The translations under genes and the position numbers were made by a program. Under the pieces are notes generated by a model. It was not told the DNA's origin. It made no database searches and worked only from the letters and a program-made list of their open reading frames with translations. Positions 1 to 10,660 of a DNA stretch of 64,000 nucleotides are shown here, in pieces. The stretch comes from Schizochytrium sp. TIO01. Lineage: Eukaryota; Protista; Bigyra: Labyrinthulomycetes. Numbering within the stretch: position 1 is the first letter of the stretch; each line of letters opens with the position of its first letter. The DNA lies in NCBI GenBank assembly GCA_004764695.1, contig SMSO01000037.1:2766747-2830746 (forward strand). The letters are read 5' to 3'.

Positions 1-257
1 AAATCTCTGATTCTATCGTTGTTACTCTTTGCATCGGCCACTTTATTATCTGCATCTGCATTGGCATTGGCATTGCCAATGCCCTGCCTATCACCATTGC
101 CTTCGCCGCTATTTACACCACGAGCAGAAACTGTCGCGTTTCCACCAGCTTCATCCTCTGTTGTGTCAGTGCTAGTTTGCGAGCGTGGTCCCCGCACAAA
201 GACAAACGCGAGGGGCTTCTCTACCACAGTCGCATCATCCTTGTCAGGCTGGGCCAT
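1..257 (-). CDS. 5' part of a hypothetical protein running off the left window edge (MAQPDKDDATVVEKPLAFVFVRGPRSQ...)
   Basis: Manual translation: ATG at 257-255, in-frame TGA seven codons upstream, frame open for 85 codons to position 1. Divergent from CSL4. Missing from the ORF track because there is no stop in the window. No homology recognised. Confidence 0.5.
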   Translation of the reverse strand, partial: MAQPDKDDATVVEKPLAFVFVRGPRSQTSTDTTEDEAGGNATVSARGVNSGEGNGDRQGIGNANANADADNKVADAKSNNDRIRD

Positions 258-855
258 CTCTTCCGCTATTGATCGTCAGTTTGCAACGCCGTTTCGCACC
301 TACAACTTTCGTCTCGACGAGGACAACTTTGAGGGCAAAAATACCTTCTTTTACTAATCTATCTGTTTGAGCCAATTTTAATAATAACCAACTCATTGAC
401 ACGGTTCCTCATAAGTTCCTCAATTGTTCTCTTTTGTTCCCCGCACATATCACGAATGTTTAATAAGAAAATTGTAAAATGGTATCTGTACAACCAAGGC
501 AAGTTCCGTTCTTTAATTGTTCTCCCAACCATATACCTGCCTAATAGTACGCTGTTCTGTGTTATTTATATTTTTAACCATGTTGTATCATATAGTGCTT
601 ATAAAAATATACAATAGACTATACGCAACCATACATTATTTTCAAAATGAAATAATAATAGAATTTTGAGAGATGTGAATGCCGATTTGAGTGATTGACA
701 AGTGAATTTAATTAGTTCAAAGCAGTGATTGGCCTTGAGCGTCTCTTGCAAATCGTCATCACTCCTGCTCTTTGGGGGATTTCTAGCTACAGGAATCCAT
801 TCGCTTAAGTCTCCCTCTCCTTACGTACCACTTTACTCAACTCCTTCTCTTCGCC

Positions 856-1512
856 ATGGCCCCTGTTGCCTCCGAGGAGGTGCAAGCCGGCGCCATCGTC
901 GTTCCGGGCACCCTTCTCTTCAATCCTGCCTCCAAAGGTGCCACCTCTAAGGTTTCTGCTGTGTCAGGCTCTGGCACATATGTCTCCGAAGATGGCTCAA
1001 TTCTCGCCTCCGTCGTTGGCAGAGTCTGCATCGACTCTGATCATGACCTCGATTCTGCTGTTGGCGCCAGTGCGGTGTACTCTGTGGAGACAGCGTCTCG
1101 GCGGTCCAAGGTGGTGCCGGTGGTAGGCAGCACAGTAACTTGTCGCGTAACCAAGGTGACTCCTCGCTTTGCTCTTTGTGATATTGTTTTCGTTGGTGCA
1201 GAGAGTGTTCCAGGATCAGGATTCCGAGGCATGATTCGTAAGGAAAATGTACGCAGCTTTGAGGTCGACCGCGTTCTGATGCACGAGAGCTTCCGTCCTG
1301 GGGATGTTGTGCGCGCCAAAGTCGCTTCGCTTGGATCGGCAAGGTCTTATGAACTTTCCACGGCAGATACCTTACTTGGTGTTATTGCTGCGATGGGAGA
1401 AGCTAATGAACCTCTTGTCCCGGTCAGCTTTGAGGAGATGAGGTGCCCGGTGACTGGAGTTGTAGAGAAACGCAAGGTTGCAAAGCAGGAGGACCTGCAA
1501 ACTCCGCAGTGA
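856..1512 (+). CDS. CSL4: Exosome complex component CSL4 (EXOSC1)
   Basis: 218 aa with an N-terminal VVPG..GSGTYV...I.AS.VG domain and an S1 domain (VPVVGSTVTCRVTKV, FRGMIRKENVR, SFRPGDVVRAKVASLG, YELSTA...LGV). Ends in MRCPVTGVVEKRKVAK; all are hallmark CSL4 motifs. Confidence 0.95.
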   Translation: MAPVASEEVQAGAIVVPGTLLFNPASKGATSKVSAVSGSGTYVSEDGSILASVVGRVCIDSDHDLDSAVGASAVYSVETASRRSKVVPVVGSTVTCRVTKVTPRFALCDIVFVGAESVPGSGFRGMIRKENVRSFEVDRVLMHESFRPGDVVRAKVASLGSARSYELSTADTLLGVIAAMGEANEPLVPVSFEEMRCPVTGVVEKRKVAKQEDLQTPQ

Positions 1513-2108
1513 TTATTAGTGGATATCTAAAGATTGCGAGCAGTTGGCATGTTTATTCCTGTGCTGGCTGAATGCTTGGTCCTGTACCTGATAAAGCGAG
1601 TGCGTGGGCTCAAATTGTGATTGCGGTAGATATTTTTTTTACATTTTAGATACATCCACCTCCTTATTATCTTTCCTCAAGATTCAGGTGAACCTCGTCT
1701 AGCTATGATGGCATGTTGAGGCGATTACTTACTACGTGCTTATCGTCAGGGAAGGTGTTGTGGCAGGTAGAAGCTACTGTTGGTCAGTCTATGGATGTCC
1801 TGGGAAAGGACAGGATTGATATCATAGCAGAAGGTGAACCGGTTCTGATTGCTTGATGAATTGCGTGAGACACCGTATATATCAGTTATTAATTTAAGTG
1901 ATCGTTGTTCTACTACATCGTGGGGTGGTGTTGATACTACTACGGACTAATATACTACGATAAAATATTGCCTTTCTAGTAAGGCCTTTTCTCACATATC
2001 GTCCCTCTATTTACTCCTCAACGATGATAGAGAGAAGGAAAGAAGAAGATATTTAAGGAGGTAGATACGCTCTTATCCTATTGAATTGTGGAAGTGAGCT
2101 TTCCCCAT

Positions 2109-4454
2109 CTAGAGCTCTTCATCATCATCAAGCGCAGCGTGCATAGGGGCTAGAGCACTTTGGTTATTACTACGAGAGGAAGAGGATCTTCGTTTGGTGC
2201 GTGTTCGCCCACCTGAAGTTGAATTTTCTGCTGTACCCGTATGCTGGTCTTCAGAGCCAGCTAATTCATTTCTACTTTCTACAGTGGCATCAATTGATGA
2301 AGAGGTAGACGACCTCTTCTTACGGGACGATTTTTTTCCGGAAGAACTCTCTCCCTTGGATCTCCCCTTTGATCTGCTGCTAAGGTTCTCAAGAGGTACA
2401 TTGTCACTTTCACTGCTAGCTTTAGCACTTATTGGCTGCTCCTCTTTACTTTCACCTTGTGCAAGAACATTTGATTTTGTAAGACTATGTTTCCTTTTTG
2501 ATTGGCTGTCACTGCTTGAACTTGCGGATTTCCTACGCGTCTTTTCTGCCACAGTATTGTCGTTGCTTTCTTCATTGTTTTCTGCTGACTTTGCCTCGCT
2601 TGCCGAATCCGATCTAGCTGTTACGTCACGGTCTGATTCGGCACGAAAGGAAGATGAAGATGTGACTGCACGCTGAGGGGTAGTGGCTCGGAATGATGAT
2701 GATTGAGCACGAGCAACCGGATTTGTCTCCATGTTTGGTTTCGCTCGCACCGCATTGTTAAGTGCCATCTCGAGAGGGAGGTTGGTCTGAGATCGAGGTA
2801 CTACTACGGAAGGCAATGCCGGCTTGCTGAGCCCTGATTCAAGATCTGCCTCACCTATTGGACCCTGTTCTCCAGATTTGAAGCTAATTCGGATGTCATC
2901 GAGGAATGTGTGCAGATCATTGGTGTAAGACTGCAGTAAGGTGACACTATGACGCATTTGTGAAGACAGCTGGAATGCACGAAGCAAATGGGCTTCCTCG
3001 AAAGTATTGGATCCTTCAATTTTACCTCCATCTTTGCCTGTATCTCCCGTCCTCTTCGTTTTGTTACGTAAAATAACATGCGTGGTGGCATGAAAGGGAA
3101 ATGTTTTACTGAGGCCCCAGATGTGTGGATGATACATAATGCAAAGGACTGTTTGACAGAGAAAAGTAGAAAAAATCGAGAGGAGATTTACGACTTTGGC
3201 TCGGAACCAAACATCAACCAGATTATTAACAATGACGAGAAAAGGCAGCGTAAGAATCCACACTCCAACAAAGAGCCAGAACTTTTTGTAAAAGGCTCGC
3301 TTTTGCTTATAAGTGCGTAAGGTAATCGCGACTGCATAGGTGAACCATCCAAAGGCAACGCATCGCAATCCAACAAAAACAGCACCCGGAACAGTTTCGT
3401 AGACATATACAATGTCGGCTGGGTCAACGAAATAAACGTAGTAAACCCAGCAGCCAATGCTTGAAATGATGTAGATTGTCATGTAAGCAGAAAGACGTAC
3501 ACGACCGCGGGCTGAGATCTTGTGGCGAACAATGGTCCATCCCTTGGCCACAAGAACAACCATGAGCAAAAGCATGAATTCCGCCAAAAGTGAGAATACA
3601 ACACCAGCAGCTTCAAGGCCGTCTTGGTTAATACCAGTTTCTGAATACTGAGTGTATAAAGCTGTTTGCAAAAGGAGAGAGAGCATAGAGCAAAAGATTG
3701 AACTCATGAGAAGCTGAACACTGTAGTGAAACTTTTGTTCCTTACGGAGAATTATGATTGTACGCACGGCGAAAATAGCGAGCAGAAGGTAGAGCGCGAA
3801 AAAAGCAATAGCTGTCTCACGATACCAAATTTTATCTGCGCTAAAGTACATATTCGGACCCTGACCGTTGGTCAGGTTAAGATGGTACTTAATATCGAGA
3901 GAATTCGCACAATATCTCGAAGTGCAGGTAGATTTGCAATTACCAACCGAAATGAACATCCACCGCGATCGGTAGGTATTCATCTCGGTTTCTAGTGTAA
4001 CAGATGACCATTCTCGGCCATCGTCATCCGTATATGTTGTTACTTGGCGCCCCCCTGGAAGAGGCAAGTACATGCCACCATCCATACTAGCAATTTGTGC
4101 CTTTTCGTAGCACTTGAGTCCTTGGTTGTAAGCTCTTTCCCAATAGCCAAACTCTTTTTGTACACCGCTTGAGTCACCACCCTTGTAAAAGAGCATGACT
4201 GATGGTTTAGAGGCTGCATTAGATGGGTAGTCTACGCGCATCTCAAGTTTGCCCTTTAGATCATAACCTGATTTGACCGGGTTGAACACGAAGCGGTCAA
4301 GGTACATCCAAGTCTCACTACCTCGATAGGAGCCCTCAACAATTCCACCATGCGCTGGGGTTGTTAATTGGCTGACGATGCAGAAAAGCATCGCCATAAC
4401 GTTTAAGCTGCGCCATGCGATCGGGTGAAACATTGTCCTTGTGCTGCCAACCAT
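2109..4454 (-). CDS. TMEM145/GPR180-like (intimal-thickness-related receptor, GOST-family) 7TM protein
   Basis: 781 aa: hydrophobic signal-like segment, luminal domain (WMYLDRFVF, RWMFISVGNC, Y.L.LTNG, YFSAD), then seven TMs with LVAKGWTIVR and YVYETVPG motifs, and a long Ser/Lys/Arg-rich disordered tail. The true start may be a downstream Met. Confidence 0.85.
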   Translation of the reverse strand: MVGSTRTMFHPIAWRSLNVMAMLFCIVSQLTTPAHGGIVEGSYRGSETWMYLDRFVFNPVKSGYDLKGKLEMRVDYPSNAASKPSVMLFYKGGDSSGVQKEFGYWERAYNQGLKCYEKAQIASMDGGMYLPLPGGRQVTTYTDDDGREWSSVTLETEMNTYRSRWMFISVGNCKSTCTSRYCANSLDIKYHLNLTNGQGPNMYFSADKIWYRETAIAFFALYLLLAIFAVRTIIILRKEQKFHYSVQLLMSSIFCSMLSLLLQTALYTQYSETGINQDGLEAAGVVFSLLAEFMLLLMVVLVAKGWTIVRHKISARGRVRLSAYMTIYIISSIGCWVYYVYFVDPADIVYVYETVPGAVFVGLRCVAFGWFTYAVAITLRTYKQKRAFYKKFWLFVGVWILTLPFLVIVNNLVDVWFRAKVVNLLSIFSTFLCQTVLCIMYHPHIWGLSKTFPFHATTHVILRNKTKRTGDTGKDGGKIEGSNTFEEAHLLRAFQLSSQMRHSVTLLQSYTNDLHTFLDDIRISFKSGEQGPIGEADLESGLSKPALPSVVVPRSQTNLPLEMALNNAVRAKPNMETNPVARAQSSSFRATTPQRAVTSSSSFRAESDRDVTARSDSASEAKSAENNEESNDNTVAEKTRRKSASSSSDSQSKRKHSLTKSNVLAQGESKEEQPISAKASSESDNVPLENLSSRSKGRSKGESSSGKKSSRKKRSSTSSSIDATVESRNELAGSEDQHTGTAENSTSGGRTRTKRRSSSSRSNNQSALAPMHAALDDDEEL

Positions 4455-5748
4455 CTCACGCGCACGAGCAAAGCGCAGCGCTGCTGGAAAAGGTATTGCA
4501 GCCGACCAGCAAACAATTTAGAGATTGCTCGCTACTCTGGTGATATCTGCGACACAGGTCATTTATTGTCCTCACTTAATTTCATTTATACTGATTACCT
4601 TTGTTCCACAAAGTACACCCAACGTCTACAAGGATGTTTGCAAACTGTCTCCCCTTTCCACGCATCGCACACTTCTCGTCATGCAAGTTACATTTAATCG
4701 GCAGTCGACGGTCTTTCAACAATAGTGCATATGAAATATCATGATCGAAAAATATTACCTAGATGGGAACTTCATGATTGTTGTCGTTCTTTGCATCATT
4801 TGTGCATCTCTAAACTAGTGTCATTGTCATCGCCTGGGACAATGACAAAATGCAGAATCCTATGGTTCATTTCTCATGATATTACCTTTAAAAGGTCGTG
4901 CGCGTTTCTGCACGTTTCCCATCACTAAGTGTGTCGGTGGGGGGCGGATTCTTGCTCATTTGGCACAATGGCCGTGCATTAGGACCTATGTCGAACTAGC
5001 TATACCCTATCATTATAAACTTGAAGTATCAAGAATGTATTCGTTGACGGGAACGCAGGGAACATTGTCTTAGTTGGTGCTTTCGACTCCTACTCTTAAA
5101 GCAAGCGGCCTGGACCTCCCTACTCTCACAAGTCGTAGCTGAGCTCAGGCTGCTCACAGCTGTTACAACATACTTCCCTCCATACTTCAGCAATGCTGGT
5201 CCTTTTTGAGCATTCAAACATAGTATCATTTTCATAACTTTGTAAATAACAATGAACAAACCAAACGAATGAAGGAGTTCTCTCGCTATTCCTCAAACGA
5301 TCTAAATTTGTTCTGTGGAACCTTCGTGCTCTTGCAATAAAATATTCTATGGAAAACCCTTAGTAGGTAGCCTAATAATCTATTTCTATTGAAAACTCTA
5401 TAGTATGGTGTTAAACAAGACACGGTGTGGTACTCGCAAGCCCATGGTCTAAATAGTTTCTTGTGGATTGAATAATAACTCAACGATCGTCCATCACGAG
5501 GAGTTTCGCGAGCATCCAGGTTTGGGCGCAGAGATAAAGGCGTGGAGTTGAGGGTGACTGCACGAGGCTCTGATCGGTTGGCAAAGAGTTAACTTGTTGA
5601 AAACGGCTTTGATTGCTCGGAGTGTTCGCACAAGCAGCGCCAAGAACCAACCAAGCAAAAAAGGTCAAAGGGTGAGTGGCCTGAGATTACTTTGATCAAC
5701 GTAAGCCTGAAGCAGCAAGAACAGAGCTGTAAATTGGGAACAATCAAG

Positions 5749-6726
5749 ATGTCTGCGTGGGCAGGAGGAAACCCGCTTGTGAAAAAGAAGGCCGAGACAA
5801 ATGAACCTGCGGAGACAGCTGAGATTGCTGCTAAGATGGCAGAGACGAATCTGTCAAACCACAGCAGCACTCGATCTCCTGGCAACAAAGCCTCAACAGG
5901 GAAGTCCCCGATTCAGCTTACAGCTGACGCACCAGAGTTTACACCAACTTGGGCTGTGCCAAATGCATGGGCTGTGAAGAGCTCGATGGTGTCAGCGCCC
6001 TCTGTCGCTGTGAAGAATGTCTACGTGGATGGGAACTGTCAAGAGGCTCAGGAATCTGAGGACCAAAGCTCGGAAGATGTCAGTGTGGACTTGTGGGTTT
6101 GCTCTATCGATGTCGAGTGCGTTGCTACAGGCAAGGGTAATCATGACCGTGCAGTGGCGCGTGTAGCCCTGGTGGATGCTGAGGAAAATGTATTGATGGA
6201 TCGCCTTGTGAAGCCCTCAAAGCCCATTGTTTCATACTTGACGCAACTTACTGGTATCAAGGAGGGTGAATTAGATGATGCACTCTCTCTTGAAGAAGTT
6301 CGTGAAGAACTTTTATCCTTGATGCCCAAACATGCATTAATTGTGGGGCAGGGTATTCAACACGATATTGATTGGCTGTACCTTGAGGAAGGCACACACT
6401 ACCATTCTTCTCACGATATCGCCCATCTCTTTCGAGTTGAGCGCCCTGGTGATCGGTTTCGGTACTTTTCTCTTCGCCACGAAGTTATGCACCTGAATGG
6501 CTTTGAAGGAGCTGGCAAAGATATTCAGGAAGGTATTCATGACCCTTCTGTGGATGCCATTTATTCGCTGCGCCTGTACAAGACTTTTGTGGATGCCCCA
6601 GAAGATGATCTTATTCGAGCACGTAAGAAGCTCTCTTGTGTGCCCGCCACCCCTCCGTTTTGGCGTACCACACCGCATATTGATGGCGTTGAGATGGGTC
6701 CAGCGTGGTTTTACACTTCAAAATAA
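5749..6726 (+). CDS. DEDDh 3'-5' exoribonuclease (REX4/Pan2-nuclease-like) with N-terminal PAM2 motif
   Basis: First ATG at 5749 (the track start at 5692 is TTG). ExoI SIDVECV, ExoII IVGQGIQHDID, ExoIII HDPSVDA, plus VARVALVD and YLTQLTGIK. PAM2-like LTADAPEFTP at 5917-5946. Confidence 0.88.
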   Translation: MSAWAGGNPLVKKKAETNEPAETAEIAAKMAETNLSNHSSTRSPGNKASTGKSPIQLTADAPEFTPTWAVPNAWAVKSSMVSAPSVAVKNVYVDGNCQEAQESEDQSSEDVSVDLWVCSIDVECVATGKGNHDRAVARVALVDAEENVLMDRLVKPSKPIVSYLTQLTGIKEGELDDALSLEEVREELLSLMPKHALIVGQGIQHDIDWLYLEEGTHYHSSHDIAHLFRVERPGDRFRYFSLRHEVMHLNGFEGAGKDIQEGIHDPSVDAIYSLRLYKTFVDAPEDDLIRARKKLSCVPATPPFWRTTPHIDGVEMGPAWFYTSK

Positions 6727-7667
6727 AAATAAATTGCTATCATTAGATGATGTGTAGCAGGTAGTTAATTTTTTGTGCTGCAAAACCGTCTTATGATTCC
6801 ATTTGCCTGGATTTAGAGAATTCCGTGAATCGCTTCATTCCATTCGAGAGGCACCAGACACTTCATATATTAACTTGTTATGCTTTGAAGTAAGACTTTC
6901 GTTGTACCATTCCCAAACTCTCTAAGGATTGGTGCATCTTCAATTCGTTATTAGATCTTCGATATACAAAATGAACAATGCCAGTTTTCCTGTTTTAATT
7001 GTTGTAGTTTTTAGTGCTTTTAGAAAATAAGCCTGGCCGAGAAGGTACTGGCTGGCTGGGTTTTCATTAAATTACTGAATGAAAGGGTGTATGGTTTCGG
7101 AACGTATTTAATGGTGTCAACAAGGTAACTGGGACCCTGAACAGAGAAGAACAAATTGGAATCAATAGAGAACATCTTCAATTGACATTCATGAGAGGGT
7201 AAGAAGCGTTGGGTAGAAAACAAGATTGAAAAAAGCAAAAAAAAGAAATTGTAAAGCAAAACACCTTTCAAAACATGGGATTTTTGTTCAATGGTCACGT
7301 TCTAAAATAAGGGTGCATGAGGCACTACTACTACTATAAGATGACTAGGTATGAATCATCATGGGAGTTATATAAAAGTCATATTGGTCAATCAATCATC
7401 AATCAGGACACAACCGTGTTGAGTTCGGGAATTAGGTCTGCGCTGAAGGTTCACAACAAAGCTCTGCATGTATGTTAAAGAATCTCATTCTCCCATCACA
7501 GAGCCTTGAAGAAAGGATGGTATTGGCGCGTGCTATGTATCGGTGGTGCAACAAGCAAGCAAGCGCGCAGTAGCTGGGTAGCTAGCTATAAAATATTGTG
7601 GGTCAGGCAGGTAGCATAAATTGGCAAAAGTCCTCAAAGAGGGGGGGGGTAAGTTTTTCATTCATGT

Positions 7668-9021
7668 TCACTCGTCAGAGTCATCAGACTCGAGAATAGT
7701 TTCCAGACGCAGGTGGTGTTCATCTTCACTGTCGCTGCCCCAAGTGCGGAGCTCCTCATCAGATGCAGCCACTAATGCCGCAATGAGGTTGTCCCCAAGG
7801 AGCGCGCTGGACTTGTTAGCGTCATTACTGTTGTTGTTGCTGGTAGTGGAGGTTGAAGGAGAAGGACTCGTGGCTGCGTTCAACATGCGGGCATGACGCA
7901 CATGAGCAGCACTGCCAGCAGAGCGTGACATGGGCCCATTGTTCTCGAGGTGCTCAAAGACCCGACGACGACGCCTTCGCTGTGAAGCCTCGCCAGCCTC
8001 ACGCCAATGCTCAGAGCGACTGGTGCTAACGGGTGTTTCTTCAACGAAGATGTTGGCCCCGCGTGTAAGCTGAGCACTGAGATGAGCTTCGCGCTGCTTC
8101 GACTCTTCGGACTTGAAAAGAATAGATGCGCTGCGTCTGTGATGCCTGCGCTTGCGTTCGCGAGGGCCTCCCTTTCCACAAGCCTCTTCCTCGATTACGC
8201 TGGGCGTCTGAATCTCATCTGCCACACGTTGCAATGATAAGAAGTTCTCTTCTAGTAGCAACTCCACCGAAGGGTCCAGCGTATATACTGGATCAACGCA
8301 GGTATCGACAGACTCCATGCTAGCCGTATCGTCAAACTCGCTGTCACGGTCTTCTTCAACATCTGCATCGTTTCCACATCCCTCAGCTTCCCGTTTCTTC
8401 TGCACCTCTGCTCTGCATGCCACTGGCGAGCACGGGGCAGTTGAGCATGTTGCCACTGCGGCAAGATCAAGCTCTGTGTCACCTCCACATCCACTGGAGG
8501 TTGTAAAGATAACCTCTGGTGCCGATTTCCACCTCTGCTGTTTTACGCGACGCTTTGGCGGAGCCACCTCTTGGCCCAAATTTACAGATTCAGCCTGTAC
8601 CGCCAAGACAAATTTTCTTGGCAGTATTATTTTCATTGAAGCGATCGCTAATCACATCAGTATTGTCATCATTTCTAAAGGATTGCTTTTGCTGTGAATT
8701 AATGTGCGAAGCGTCGAACACGAACTTTTTGGCGATAGGACTTTCGAAGTCCTCTGCGCCGATCAGAAGGGCCGCTGCAGCAAGAGACCTCGTGCAGTCA
8801 AAGCTTCGTGTCTTGAGCCTTCGCTGGGCGGCTGCTGACTTTTTGGCAGGTGAGGAGGGTCCTCCTGTAGCAGCAGCAGCAAAGACTGATGTGCTACTTG
8901 TGCTGTGCCAGCGCCGGTGATGGCAGCCTCCGTCAAGGGGGTGGCTCATGCGCGCGTACCCAGGCGCTGTTGTGCCAATACTTAGCGACCCGCAGCTCAG
9001 CGTACGGCCCAGAGACACCAT
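7668..9021 (-). CDS. Hypothetical low-complexity protein encoded in two overlapping frames (9021-8590 and 8636-7668), joined by a small intron, a +1 frameshift or an indel
   Basis: An ATG ORF of 143 aa overlaps a 322-aa ORF in the +1 frame. Both share basic R-x-x-S motifs (HHRRWHST, KTRSF, QRWKSAP, RHHRRSAS, MSRSAGS). Removing a GT..AG segment at 8655-8595 (61 nt) gives a 430-aa fusion. Confidence 0.6.
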
Positions 9022-10621
9022 GCTCAGCCGCAGACAACGATCGCTCGCGGCACAGACTTTGCTTATGCTCGCAAAGTGCGCTCACGATCGAGGCAATTTG
9101 GCTTTGGTGAACAAGACAAGCACCGCGCCTTCGGCCCCTTCTGTGCCATGTCAATATTTTTATTACACTAAATTGTCCTCACTCTGTCTTATTCTCCAAT
9201 AGAGGACATCTTTTGGACACACTAGGAGCGATATGGTTGAGCAATTTTGCACGCGCGCCACTCCCTCTCACTTTCCCCCTTTTATTAATTTTTAAAAATG
9301 AAAATAAAAATATTGAAAATTACCCCTAATTAAAAAGAAAGCAAAAGAGAAATAAGGAAGTAAGATTACCACGGTAGTAAGTGATGGATGCTCATGAAGA
9401 ACAAGGAGGGCTCTATATTCTCTTTGAAAAGGTTTATGTTGGAAGTTGCATTTTTTTAATTGTTAGTTTCTTGTCACCCAGTGAGTCAGTTGAAAGGAGG
9501 TGGTTTTCCAAAAAGAAATCAACGCGGAAGAAACAAAGAAGCAGGAAAGCAAGAGTGCAATTTCTCGACAGCGAGAGAATTAGCTACCTCTCTAATGCTC
9601 AACATGCAGTAAATGAGCTTGTTTCCATTTTAATACGGTCATTGCAATTGTTCGAAGGCTGACTTATACAAGGTATGCATGCACTTCATACCTGGGTGCT
9701 ATGAAACACTTATGATTACTTTCCTCCTCTTCTTTTTGACACACTGAAAATATATAAAAATTGGCTGTTCAGGTTTCGTTCACCAGCAACCTCTCTTTAA
9801 AATTTTAATTTTTTAGTTTTATAAAAACGTGATGATTAATAAGGCAAAGCAACTTTTTAGTTTCTTTTTTTTAATGTTTTGTCTGTATCATCATGATTTT
9901 TTGTTCAAAGTTCTCGAGATGAGGTTCTCTGCTTGTTCCTTTGATCGTTCTCATCATCATGCTGGCTGCCTTCCCTCGGGCTGCTCATCTGCATCCTACC
10001 ACTCAATCGCTCCACCCTCTGGCCCAACCAATCGCAGTCATCCTCAGTTTTGGCAGACTTGCTTGCGACGGCAAAACGCCATTCGATTAGAGTATCGGAG
10101 GGAGAGCTTTGTGCTTGCAAGCGCAAGTCCTTGACACGCAGTAGCACCAATGATGTTCTCGCAATTTCGATTGCATTGCTTTGCATTGCTTTGCATCTTC
10201 CCAATATCTTAGGTGCTTTGGTACTGGAAATAGAACAAGAACCATCGATTAGTGCTAATTAATGGCATCATCATCGTCATTGCCATTTCTCTATTTCAAT
10301 GTAGGACGAGGGAGACCTATTAAAATACACTCCCTTCAGCAGCAATAAAAGCACTTGCCATCTACACTTTCGCACTTTATTTTACTACCACCGCTTTTCA
10401 ACGCGATCAATTTCATGGCAGGTTGTGACGGAAATCCGCATCCTCATCCTCCTCATCGGGTCAAGGTGGGGCCTGATGCGCCATCGCTGTGCCAGCGAGC
10501 GCCCCCCTTCGCGCTCAACGCTATGTTAGAAAGCGAGCAGCCACCTAACTGGTTGCCTCCCTGGCTCTTGAGTCATGCTCAGCGCTCAGGTGTCCATGTA
10601 TTTTAATGCAGTCATTCTTGC

Positions 10622-10622
<1 letters not shown>

Positions 10623-10659
<37 letters not shown>
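10623..10659. repeat. (ATT)n microsatellite
   Basis: About 12 tandem ATT units read directly from the sequence. Confidence 0.9.

Positions 10660-10660
<1 letters not shown>

Noticed and set aside
856-6726. CSL4 and the DEDDh exonuclease as an RNA-decay gene cluster
   Set aside because: Separated by an unrelated 7TM gene; proximity alone is not evidence in a eukaryote.
8586-8600. Ornithine decarboxylase antizyme (ORF1 ending at codon-UGA with a +1 ORF2)
   Set aside because: ORF2 is low-complexity and shows no antizyme (ODC_AZ) motifs; ORF1 is long and the shift codon is GGC.
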